Source: Candidatus Woesearchaeota archaeon
GTDB lineage: Archaea; Nanobdellota; Nanobdellia; Pacearchaeales; GW2011-AR1
Direction of reading: 5' to 3'
DNA: 36,512 bases
NCBI GenBank assembly: GCA_964363655.1
Contig: CAYIJD010000001.1
Span: forward strand, 1 to 36,512
The stretch's first letter is position 1; each line of letters starts with the position of its first letter. The notes beneath the pieces were generated by a model, which worked only from the letters and a program-made list of their open reading frames with translations, was not told where the DNA came from and did no database searches. Below, in pieces: positions 1-6,871 of the stretch. The position numbers and the translations under genes were made by a program.

Positions 1-500
1 GTATTGAATCTGGAAATCCTGAAATATTAAAGAAAATGAGAAAAGGAGAGACAATGGAAAATCTTAGAAATTCTGTTAAATGGGCTAGACAAGCCGGGTT
101 AATAACAGAAGGATTTTTTATGTTTGGAAATGAAGGAGAAGGCAGGAAAGAAATGCTTGATACGATAGAATTTGCTAAAGAACTTGATTTGAATATTGCC
201 CAATTCCAAGTTTATACTCCTGTTCCAGGAAGTCCTTATTATGAAAAAATTGCAAAAGAAGGGAAGGTGTTTTCAACAAAATGGGAAGACTTTAACGCAT
301 TTAACGAGCCTTTATTTGAGTATGGTGAAAGCAAATATGACTTAATGATAGAAATGCAGAGAAGGGCTTATAGAGAATATTATTTCAGGCCAAAAATGAT
401 GTTAAAGAAATTATTGGAAGTCAGGAATTTAAAGCAGTTTCATGCTTATGTCAAAGCAGGAATGGCTGTTGCGAAGATGAGTGTGGGGAAGAATACTTAG
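1..500 (+). CDS. radical SAM enzyme, C-terminal part (5' end lies outside the window)
   Basis: The frame of ORF 36..500 stays open back to base 3 and reads IESGNPEILKKMRKG..., a conserved radical-SAM barrel segment. It ends at TAG 498-500. Confidence 0.75.
   Translation, partial: IESGNPEILKKMRKGETMENLRNSVKWARQAGLITEGFFMFGNEGEGRKEMLDTIEFAKELDLNIAQFQVYTPVPGSPYYEKIAKEGKVFSTKWEDFNAFNEPLFEYGESKYDLMIEMQRRAYREYYFRPKMMLKKLLEVRNLKQFHAYVKAGMAVAKMSVGKNT
446..487. repeat. direct repeat copy 1 (42 bp, inside the 3' end of the radical-SAM CDS)
   Basis: ttatgtcaaagcaggaatggctgttgcgaagatgagtgtggg is identical to 2806-2847. The match extends to 46 bp (442-487 / 2802-2847) with one mismatch. Confidence 0.95.
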
Positions 501-600
501 ATTTTTTATGATTCTTAAATTATAATAAAAATATTTTTTGTTCATATTTAGAATATAGAATAGAAACATTTAAATATCATATAATATATATTTATATTAT

Positions 601-1428
601 ATGACTTATATACTTACCGAGAGAGAAAGAGAGATAATACAAAAGAAGCTTAATGATCATAGTTTAACTCAAAACGAATCAAATATTTTAAGCAAATCTG
701 TAAGGCCTAAGTTGAAAGAAATAATAAAGATACACGCGGATGACCTCCTGAATAAATTAGAATACAATCAGAAAGCAAAATCGATTGAGAATACAATAAA
801 AAAAATTGTAATGAAGGCTATAAAAGGTATAGAGGCTATCATGATATATGGTTCAACTGTTCAGACTAATTATAAAAAATATAATGATATAGATGTGTTG
901 ATTATAACAAAGAAAAAGTTGTGGCATTCTAGCGGAGATAAATATAAAATGGTTCTCGATATGATTAATCATGCCAAAAATGTTGGATTACATTTAGATG
1001 TTCAGATGATAGATAAAAAATCATTTCATTATCAATGCGTCCACAGCCCTTCATTAATCTATCAATTAAAAGATTCTAAAATTATTTATGGTAAGATAAA
1101 GATTCCTTCCAGCAAAGAACTTTCAAAATTAGATCTACGAATGAAGCTAGACTGGAGTGATATTGACGATGAAGAATCAGACGGCAAGGAAATATATCAA
1201 TCACTTAGGAATATCCTGCTCATTAGATTGCTGTTAAAAAAAGTGGTGGATAACTCAGAATTAAACGAGAGTGTTAAAAAAGAACTCGGCGAAAGATTAA
1301 TCCAAAGATTAAAGGATAATTGCGCCTCTCGATTAGAAAAAAAGGTGGTATTGATATATATAAAAAAATTATCAGAAGATACAGATAAAGAAATTCGTGA
1401 GGCAGGATGGGAAAAAATAGTGCTTTAA
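601..1428 (+). CDS. nucleotidyltransferase-domain protein (minimal NTase / MNT-like fold)
   Basis: IMIYGSTVQTNYKKYNDIDVLIIT matches the GS-x(9-11)-DxD signature of pol-beta-type nucleotidyltransferases. Helical N- and C-terminal extensions could not be assigned. Confidence 0.6.
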   Translation: MTYILTEREREIIQKKLNDHSLTQNESNILSKSVRPKLKEIIKIHADDLLNKLEYNQKAKSIENTIKKIVMKAIKGIEAIMIYGSTVQTNYKKYNDIDVLIITKKKLWHSSGDKYKMVLDMINHAKNVGLHLDVQMIDKKSFHYQCVHSPSLIYQLKDSKIIYGKIKIPSSKELSKLDLRMKLDWSDIDDEESDGKEIYQSLRNILLIRLLLKKVVDNSELNESVKKELGERLIQRLKDNCASRLEKKVVLIYIKKLSEDTDKEIREAGWEKIVL

Positions 1429-1718
1429 AGACGCTTGGAAGAAGGATAGGAAACATTGTGCTGCATAAAATGCTAGTAATATACACACATAAACCGGAAT
1501 CAATAAGCCACCTATTCCATGAAGAAAATGAGTATCGGGCTGCTGCCATCGCTGATGCAAAAATGTTTCATTGGAATGATAAAGATAAACAAAAGCTAAA
1601 AACTGCCGCAATTAAATTTTTTAAAAACAAAAGTTCCAAAAAATATTCTGATGTCTCGCTTTCATTAAAAGAAGCTGAAGTTCTCATAAACCAAGAACTC
1701 AAAGACCTAAATCTTTAA
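1407..1718 (+). CDS. hypothetical small protein overlapping the NTase gene by 22 nt
   Basis: 103-aa ORF whose start lies inside the 3' end of 601..1428. It contains RIGNIVLH (R-x6-H), which is only weakly reminiscent of a HEPN motif. Confidence 0.35.
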   Translation: MGKNSALKTLGRRIGNIVLHKMLVIYTHKPESISHLFHEENEYRAAAIADAKMFHWNDKDKQKLKTAAIKFFKNKSSKKYSDVSLSLKEAEVLINQELKDLNL

Positions 1719-1725
1719 TCTATAG

Positions 1726-1867
1726 CAAAAGACACTTAAAATTGACCAAAAGTCTTTTGATATACAGAAATTTTATTATAACGCTATAAAATTTCTGTCC
1801 CAAAAACTTTAAAAAAGTTTTTGATATTCGGAAGACTTAAATAAGTTGGTCAAAAATTTAAGTCTTA
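1726..1867. repeat. array of four consecutive perfect stem-loops (A 1726-1759, B 1764-1798, C 1801-1823, D 1832-1867)
   Basis: A: caaaagac/gtcttttg, 8 bp. B: acagaaattttat/ataaaatttctgt, 13 bp with a 9-nt loop. C: caaaaacttt/aaagtttttg, 10 bp with a 3-nt loop. D: aagacttaaat/atttaagtctt, 11 bp with a 14-nt loop. A and D are also imperfect inverted copies of each other. Confidence 0.85.
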
Positions 1868-1991
1868 CGTTATATTTTGATAACATGAAAATAAAAGAGA
1901 TGTCAGAGCAGAATAAGCTGAGAGTAAATTTTGAAATATTGATTATAAAACGACAAATTTAAATACGCAGACTTACTATAAGAATTAGAAA

Positions 1992-2345
1992 ATGGAAAAT
2001 AAATGTGAATTTTCTTATAATAGGATAGATGACAGCTTGATAATATCATGTAATCACCAAAGTGAACAGGCAAAAGAGAGCTTTATGTTTGATGATATAA
2101 TTTTTCATTTAAATGAAAATGGAAAGATTATAGGTTTACAAATAAGAAATGCCTCATCTATTTTAGAAGAATCTGGATTAAGTGACGAGCTCTTAGATAA
2201 TTTAAAGGAGACTTATTTAAACATAATTCCAAAACAAAATAGCTTACTTATTAAAATTAATTTGATTACTGATGATAAGGAAGAAAAATTATCACTAGGA
2301 AGAATTTTCATGCCTAATATTCATCCTATAAATTTATCGAAATAA
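1992..2345 (+). CDS. DUF2283-like small protein (antitoxin-type family)
   Basis: SYNRIDDSLIIS...IIFHLNENGKIIGLQIRNAS resembles the YD-x-DALYI ... D-x-G-x-hhGIEI-x-AS pattern of DUF2283. Confidence 0.5.
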   Translation: MENKCEFSYNRIDDSLIISCNHQSEQAKESFMFDDIIFHLNENGKIIGLQIRNASSILEESGLSDELLDNLKETYLNIIPKQNSLLIKINLITDDKEEKLSLGRIFMPNIHPINLSK

Positions 2346-2704
2346 TTTCTTCTTAAGCTTTGTTCAAATTTTTGATAATTTCTTTGTACATGAAATGTGT
2401 TTATAATAAATAGTTTATCTCTATCTAAAACAACTGATATAACAACATAGGTTCCATCTTCAAGTTCATAATTTAAACTATATGACCTTTCACCCTTTTC
2501 ATTCTCTCTAATCTCTATAGTTCTAATTAATTCGAATTTTGGGAAAGTTTTTTTTATCAGCTCATTGTCAGTTAATTTTTGCATAACTGAAAACTCATAA
2601 TGGAAATGTTTATAAAATTCATCAAAAGAATAAGCCTTGACCTTTTCAATTATTTTCTTAATCTCATTCTCACTTTTAAATATAGATATTATTTTAGTTT
2701 TCAT
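2321..2704 (-). CDS. hypothetical protein, DUF4258-like (toxin-type family), convergent with 1992..2345
   Basis: 127-aa ORF. HFHYEFSVMQKLTDNELIKK ... YVVISVVLDRDKLFIINTFHV resembles the H-x(n)-R/K ... hhVVh ... hITvy layout of DUF4258. Its 3' end overlaps the opposing gene by 25 nt. Confidence 0.4.
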   Translation of the reverse strand: MKTKIISIFKSENEIKKIIEKVKAYSFDEFYKHFHYEFSVMQKLTDNELIKKTFPKFELIRTIEIRENEKGERSYSLNYELEDGTYVVISVVLDRDKLFIINTFHVQRNYQKFEQSLRRNYFDKFIG

Positions 2705-2732
2705 TGCATAAGAAAATTGGTTATTCTTATAT

Positions 2733-2782
2733 GTGCATCAGGATGCACTTATTATAAGTATTATGTACATTATAATGTACAT
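2733..2782. promoter_or_regulatory. palindromic elements upstream of the 2704<- gene (candidate operators)
   Basis: gtgcatc-ag-gatgcac lies at 2733-2748. Two copies of the self-complementary octamer ATGTACAT lie at 2763-2770 and 2775-2782, separated by TATA. Confidence 0.35.
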
Positions 2783-2805
2783 GTTTTTAATGGATAATTC
2801 AATGT

Positions 2806-2847
2806 TTATGTCAAAGCAGGAATGGCTGTTGCGAAGATGAGTGTGGG
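2806..2847. repeat. direct repeat copy 2 (displaced duplicate of the radical-SAM gene 3' end)
   Basis: Identical 42-mer to 446-487. In frame it reads ...VYVKAGMAVAKMSVGMTT* (stop at 2858-2860), whereas copy 1 reads ...AYVKAGMAVAKMSVGKNT*. Confidence 0.95.
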
Positions 2848-3007
2848 AATGACGACGTAATTTTGGATTTTAATAATAATAAAATTTATAAAGTTGAGAT
2901 ATAATATTTATTAATAATATAAGAATAAGGGTGTTCAGAGGAACATCTTAAGAATTCTAGTCCTCTGGTAAAATAAAGAATTATTAAAAGGAGGTAAAAT
3001 TAAAAAA

Positions 3008-3466
3008 ATGAAAAAATTATTTTTAATAATTATAATGGTAACAATCTTTATTGTTGGATTTTTTATCGGAAAATATACAAATCCCAAAATAACTGGAAAT
3101 ATTATATATAATGAAAGCGGCGCCTTTACTGTTTCTCCAGTATACAGAAATCCTAATTTTAGTATAATTAATAATCAGATATGCTTAAACCAAGAAGATC
3201 CTTGGGGATTAGCTAAAGCGAAGTGTACCATATCTATTGGAAATTTAGAAAATGAAATCCCAATACAGTTTCAACCAGAATTTAAGTGTTTCAAACTTAG
3301 TGATCAAAATCCAAAATTTATAACAGCAGATTTAAAGGCAATCCCGTCAAAAAATATAGAAGAATTTACAATAACTTATGACAATGATGGCAGAGAGTGG
3401 AGTTGTATTATCAATGACCCGAAACCAAATAAGATAATAAATGGTTACGAGATAGTTAAAACTTAA
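3008..3466 (+). CDS. hypothetical secreted or membrane-anchored protein
   Basis: N-terminal hydrophobic helix MKKLFLIIIMVTIFIVGFFIG. A strong aaggaggt sits 8-9 nt upstream of the ATG. Confidence 0.6.
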   Translation: MKKLFLIIIMVTIFIVGFFIGKYTNPKITGNIIYNESGAFTVSPVYRNPNFSIINNQICLNQEDPWGLAKAKCTISIGNLENEIPIQFQPEFKCFKLSDQNPKFITADLKAIPSKNIEEFTITYDNDGREWSCIINDPKPNKIINGYEIVKT

Positions 3467-3512
3467 AAATATTTTTATTTAAAAAAGAGGTGTTTTCTTT
3501 TTTAAATTCAAG

Positions 3513-3538
3513 TTTTGTTGTATGATAAAACAACAAAA
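3513..3538. terminator. stem-loop between convergent genes
   Basis: ttttgttgt (3513-3521) pairs with acaacaaaa (3530-3538): a 9-bp perfect stem with an 8-nt loop. Confidence 0.5.
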
Positions 3539-3611
3539 ATCCTAAAATTATTGGAAGAAGTATTAATAATGCTATTTTAAAAATTATCAAATATTTCATT
3601 TTAATCAAAAA

Positions 3612-4439
3612 TTATCTAAATTTTTCATAATCTATATTTTCAATTCTCGCATCCCATTCAGAATTACTATTTGTTATAGAATTTATTAATATTGATGGTA
3701 TGTCTTCTGCTTTTATTTCAAAATTTTCAATTTTTGTGTTAGTATATCCTTTATCGATTTTACCTTTACTTTGACTAATCCTTTTTAATTCCTCACCTGC
3801 AACATAAACAACGATATCATAATTAAAATAAGAACTATAATCAGTTCCCATATTTTGAATGTCGATAGTTACTTTAGGTTTTGCAATAACCATCGATGGA
3901 CTTACAATTCCACCACCAGCAATAGCAATACCAAGAGATAACCATTGAATGTTAAAATTTTTATCTATAACATTTACGATTATTTCTGCACTATCTTTTG
4001 TTAGAGGATTTAAATCAGTATTATCATTATATCTATCATCATCCGTATTAATATCGAGAGGGCTTGTGCCTAAAACTTTTTCTTCTTGATAATCTCCTAG
4101 AGTGTCGCCATCGGAATCGTATAGATTGGGATTTGTTCCTATTTGTATCTCTTCTATATTGCTTAACCCATCATTATCGTTGTCTTTTACTACACATTCA
4201 TTAGACTTACATTCGTAACCATTACTACAGGATTTTTCAAGATAATAACCTCCTTCACAGCATTCATATGGACAAGTTTTATTTTCTCCAATAACGTTCC
4301 CAGTAGGAGTAAGTCTATATATAGTAAAAATAATGATTATAGTAATACAAACTGCTATTATAATCCATAAAATATTTTTATTAGGATTCTTTTTGGGGTA
4401 TAGGAAATCCATATCTTCTTCTTTATTTAAGCTTGCCAT
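3612..4439 (-). CDS. membrane-anchored surface protein with a Cys-rich module and thrombospondin type-3-like Ca-binding repeats
   Basis: N-terminal TM helix ILWIIIAVCITIIIIFTIY, then CPYECCEGGYYLEKSCSNGYECKSNEC, then DNDNDGLSNIEE..NPNLYDSDGDTLGD...DINTDDD (DxDxDG-type repeats). Confidence 0.65.
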   Translation of the reverse strand: MASLNKEEDMDFLYPKKNPNKNILWIIIAVCITIIIIFTIYRLTPTGNVIGENKTCPYECCEGGYYLEKSCSNGYECKSNECVVKDNDNDGLSNIEEIQIGTNPNLYDSDGDTLGDYQEEKVLGTSPLDINTDDDRYNDNTDLNPLTKDSAEIIVNVIDKNFNIQWLSLGIAIAGGGIVSPSMVIAKPKVTIDIQNMGTDYSSYFNYDIVVYVAGEELKRISQSKGKIDKGYTNTKIENFEIKAEDIPSILINSITNSNSEWDARIENIDYEKFR

Positions 4440-4480
4440 TAAAAAGAGATAATGTTTATTATTTTTAAAACTTTATATAG

Positions 4481-4810
4481 TTATATAAAATAAACAAGAA
4501 TAAAATGAAGATCAATACCTAAAATTAATCCAGCAAAAGAACCAGTGATAAACCTTAAAGTATTATTGCTATTTCTAAATCCAAGAAATTGAGTGATCGA
4601 ATCAAAAAAGAACGGAGATGTAATAATAATAGTAAAAATTATTAATTGCTTGATATTAAAACTTTCTGGTCCAATAATAATTGAAAATAAAAATCCAATG
4701 AATATAAAAAAATAAAGTCCAAAACATCTTGAGCATAAAAGCATTGGTTTATTATTGATTTTAAAACATCTCTCTGGTTTTTGGTGACAAATCCATAAAG
4801 GTAATTTCAT
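4481..4810 (-). CDS. DUF2085-family membrane protein
   Basis: CHQKPERCF...LLCSRCFGLY matches the CHQ-x-PeR ... C-x-RC-x-G signature. It is followed by hydrophobic helices. Confidence 0.7.
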   Translation of the reverse strand: MKLPLWICHQKPERCFKINNKPMLLCSRCFGLYFFIFIGFLFSIIIGPESFNIKQLIIFTIIITSPFFFDSITQFLGFRNSNNTLRFITGSFAGLILGIDLHFILVYFI

Positions 4811-4817
4811 GTTTAAA

Positions 4818-5000
4818 CTAGTTATTTGATCCTATAACAATCAAAATGACTAATACAATCACTGCAATTATAATTCCGATGCAACATCCTGCACTACTCC
4901 CCATAGAAGTAAATAGACTATTAAAAAAACCTCCTCCTTTATAGACGTGGGTTGTATGTTCTATATGAGAGGAATGTTTTATATTACTATCTTTGACCAT
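4818..5000 (-). CDS. small His-rich, C-terminally TM-anchored protein (hypothetical)
   Basis: 60 aa: HSSHIEHTTH followed by GCCIGIIIAVIVLVILIVIG. It is packed 7-8 nt from both neighbouring genes. Confidence 0.4.
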   Translation of the reverse strand: MVKDSNIKHSSHIEHTTHVYKGGGFFNSLFTSMGSSAGCCIGIIIAVIVLVILIVIGSNN

Positions 5001-5008
5001 ATTATCAT

Positions 5009-5671
5009 TCAGAAAAGCTTATATTTAAAATTTTTGTTTTTGTTACTTTCTACCTTTTCCTTCCAATCATCAAAGAATTTTTCTACTTCTGGAGCCGGAC
5101 TCTTTGGGACTAATTCTTTTCCCCAACCTTTTTGTATTAATGCCCAGAGCAATATAGTTATTGGGATAAATAATAAAATCAAAATCGACAAACTATAATA
5201 AACTAGTACGCTGGCAAAAGATAGCATTATTGCTATGTAAAGAGCTAAAAAGTTCCAAAAGAATATTTTATTCCTTCTTTTATCAAATTCTCCTAAATGA
5301 GCTAGGACTCCATAAATTGATCTTAAGCCTTCTTCGTAAAAATCCTTTACTTTTCTGCTCTCAAAAATTTCTTTTAAATTCTTCTTTTCAAACCAAGGAA
5401 ACCAAATAAATTTTGGGATTAAGTTAGCCAAGGAAAACAGAATAGATACAAAGAAAGCCAATAAAGGTATTAAGAATATTAATTCCCCTTCCAAAATAAG
5501 GTTTTGAAATAAAGTAATAAAGATTAAGGTTATTAGCGATTCAAAAGCTAAGAGAAATTCAAAACTTCTGCTCTTGGTTCTTATATCAAATAAGAATTTG
5601 TAATGCTCATATATATTGGGGTAAATGTCTTTAAAATATTTTTTCAGATCATTCAAATCTTTTTCTGTCAT
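5009..5671 (-). CDS. four-TM membrane protein, unknown function
   Basis: 220 aa with two hydrophobic helix pairs separated by a soluble loop of about 55 aa (KFIWFPWFEKKNLKEIFESRKVKDFYEEGLRSIYGVLAHLGEFDKRRNK) and a charged C-tail. Confidence 0.6.
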   Translation of the reverse strand: MTEKDLNDLKKYFKDIYPNIYEHYKFLFDIRTKSRSFEFLLAFESLITLIFITLFQNLILEGELIFLIPLLAFFVSILFSLANLIPKFIWFPWFEKKNLKEIFESRKVKDFYEEGLRSIYGVLAHLGEFDKRRNKIFFWNFLALYIAIMLSFASVLVYYSLSILILLFIPITILLWALIQKGWGKELVPKSPAPEVEKFFDDWKEKVESNKNKNFKYKLF

Positions 5672-5734
5672 AGAAAATTTATTAAATAAATGTTTTTAAG
5701 AATTATTGTAATTCATTTCAAACATCTCCTTTTA

Positions 5735-6088
5735 CTAGATGAATAGCTCTATTCTAGCAACAAAACTTCCTGGAGATAGTCTATGTTCTGATGGAGGTAA
5801 CCATCTTTGAAATAATTCTAAGTTATTATTTATTATATATCTATCAATATTAACTGGTGTTCTTATTATTTCGTCTTTTTTATCATATCTATAAATATCA
5901 AAAACCATCCCAATTTTTGCGCCACTAGCCATTCTTACTAAAAGAGTTTTTTGTTGTAAATCTTCTGAAGTTGTTAAAAATATCGGAACATTATCTATAT
6001 CTACAACAGAAACGTCACTTGTTGGAAAATGTTTAGCAAATTCTTCGAATTCTTTTATAGTTAACTTTTTTTTAAATATATCTTCCAT
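5735..6088 (-). CDS. hypothetical protein
   Basis: 117-aa ORF with no recognisable motif. It overlaps the stub at 6061..6321 by 28 nt in another frame. Confidence 0.4.
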   Translation of the reverse strand: MEDIFKKKLTIKEFEEFAKHFPTSDVSVVDIDNVPIFLTTSEDLQQKTLLVRMASGAKIGMVFDIYRYDKKDEIIRTPVNIDRYIINNNLELFQRWLPPSEHRLSPGSFVARIELFI

Positions 6089-6321
6089 TTTTTTGTTTTA
6101 CCGCCGATTTTTATTGCGTCCTCATTTACAACTTCCTTAAATTGCTCTGAAAAGCCTTGTTGATTATCAATATCCCAATCTAATACTTTGAAGAATCTAT
6201 CAATAAACTCTTTTCTTACTTGAGCTTCTTTATATGTTGAAAGTTTATACTGATTATAATTATCTTTAAAAGTCTGAACTAATTTAGCTATCTCTTTTTT
6301 AGCATTTTCTTTTGTTATCAT
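6061..6321 (-). pseudogene. N-terminal stub of a type IIG restriction-modification / BREX PglX-like (Eco57I-type) enzyme
   Basis: YKEAQVRKEFIDRFFKVLDWDIDNQQGFSEQFKEVVNEDAIKIGGKTKK matches the conserved N-terminus (NE-x-QTR-x-FI-x-PFF-x-LGWDV-x-N ... V-x-EDAIKIGG-x-TK) of proteins of roughly 1000 aa or more. Here the ORF stops after 86 aa. Confidence 0.65.
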
Positions 6322-6358
6322 AAAAAATTACAAGAAGTTCTTACTTAAATTCTTTTTG

Positions 6359-6871
6359 CTATTGTCCTGATGTATTTAACAACCTAATCATTTGAAGTAT
6401 TGGAGAATCATACCTTCCGTGAGGTCCAGTTTCTTTTCTTAAAAGTTGAATAATATCTTCAAAATACCAGAATTCTAAATCATAACCCTTCACCTTCGCC
6501 CGAACTTTATCTTCAATTGCCTTTCTTTTTTCGCTTTTCTTTCCAAAACAAATATGCGTTGAAATGATTACCTTTATTGGTTTTTTATTGCTGTATTTTT
6601 TTATCTCTTCATTTCTTTCTTTTCGTGTTAACTGTTCAGCAAGATTTACTATCCATTCTTCGCTGGCTTTGCTCCCAAATGTGAGTTTATATTTTGATCT
6701 AAACTTAACTTCAATGTCATAAAAGTTACCTTGATCGTTTAATGCCAAGAAGTCTATATTACTGTAATTGCTTCCGCCTTTGTTCCCCCATACTTTAAAT
6801 TTTATATCATGAATGTAAAAAAATTTTTTTAATTTCAAATATTGCTCAATTATTTCTTCGTTGACTTCCAT
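6359..6871 (-). CDS. predicted PD-(D/E)xK-fold nuclease (NucS/restriction-endonuclease-like core)
   Basis: GGSNYSNIDFLALNDQGNFYDIEVKF fits the G-x-x-D-hhh ... hh-E-h-K pattern. Its ATG overlaps the stop of the upstream gene (TAATG at 6869-6873). Confidence 0.5.
   Translation of the reverse strand: MEVNEEIIEQYLKLKKFFYIHDIKFKVWGNKGGSNYSNIDFLALNDQGNFYDIEVKFRSKYKLTFGSKASEEWIVNLAEQLTRKERNEEIKKYSNKKPIKVIISTHICFGKKSEKRKAIEDKVRAKVKGYDLEFWYFEDIIQLLRKETGPHGRYDSPILQMIRLLNTSGQ

Noticed and set aside
549-603. A tandem TAGAATA x2 (549-562) and a 9-bp inverted repeat catataata/tattatatg (578-603) overlapping the NTase start codon.
   Set aside because: These are pure A/T low-complexity sequence in a promoter region and are expected by chance at this base composition.
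1274-1611. ORFs 1274..1549 (-) and 1372..1611 (-), antisense to the NTase gene and the small ORF.
   Set aside because: They give low-complexity, Phe/Leu/Ile-rich translations typical of the reverse strand of AT-rich coding sequence. They have no motifs and fully overlap better-supported genes.
1885-1962. A 25-aa ORF (MKIKEMSEQNKLRVNFEILIIKRQI) downstream of the hairpin array.
   Set aside because: It is too short to support without conservation or expression data.
1989-2007. A 19-nt identity (aaaatggaaaataaatgtg) between the starts of the genes at 1992 and 35280 (35277-35295). Both encode MENKC...
   Set aside because: The identity covers only an A-rich ribosome-binding/start region and stops after codon 5. 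The proteins are otherwise unrelated (DUF2283-like versus Zn-ribbon/AbrB). Chance or a trivial convergence cannot be excluded.
2600-2797. ORF 2600..2797 (+).
   Set aside because: It is antisense to the 2321..2704 gene and runs into promoter palindromes. The peptide is low-complexity.
5735-6321. The RM stub and the 117-aa ORF might be one gene broken by slippage in the A7/A8 runs.
   Set aside because: Joining the frames gives ...KIGGKTKK-MEDIFKKKLTIKEF..., which does not continue the conserved PDY...EAK segment expected after KIGG-x-TK in this family.
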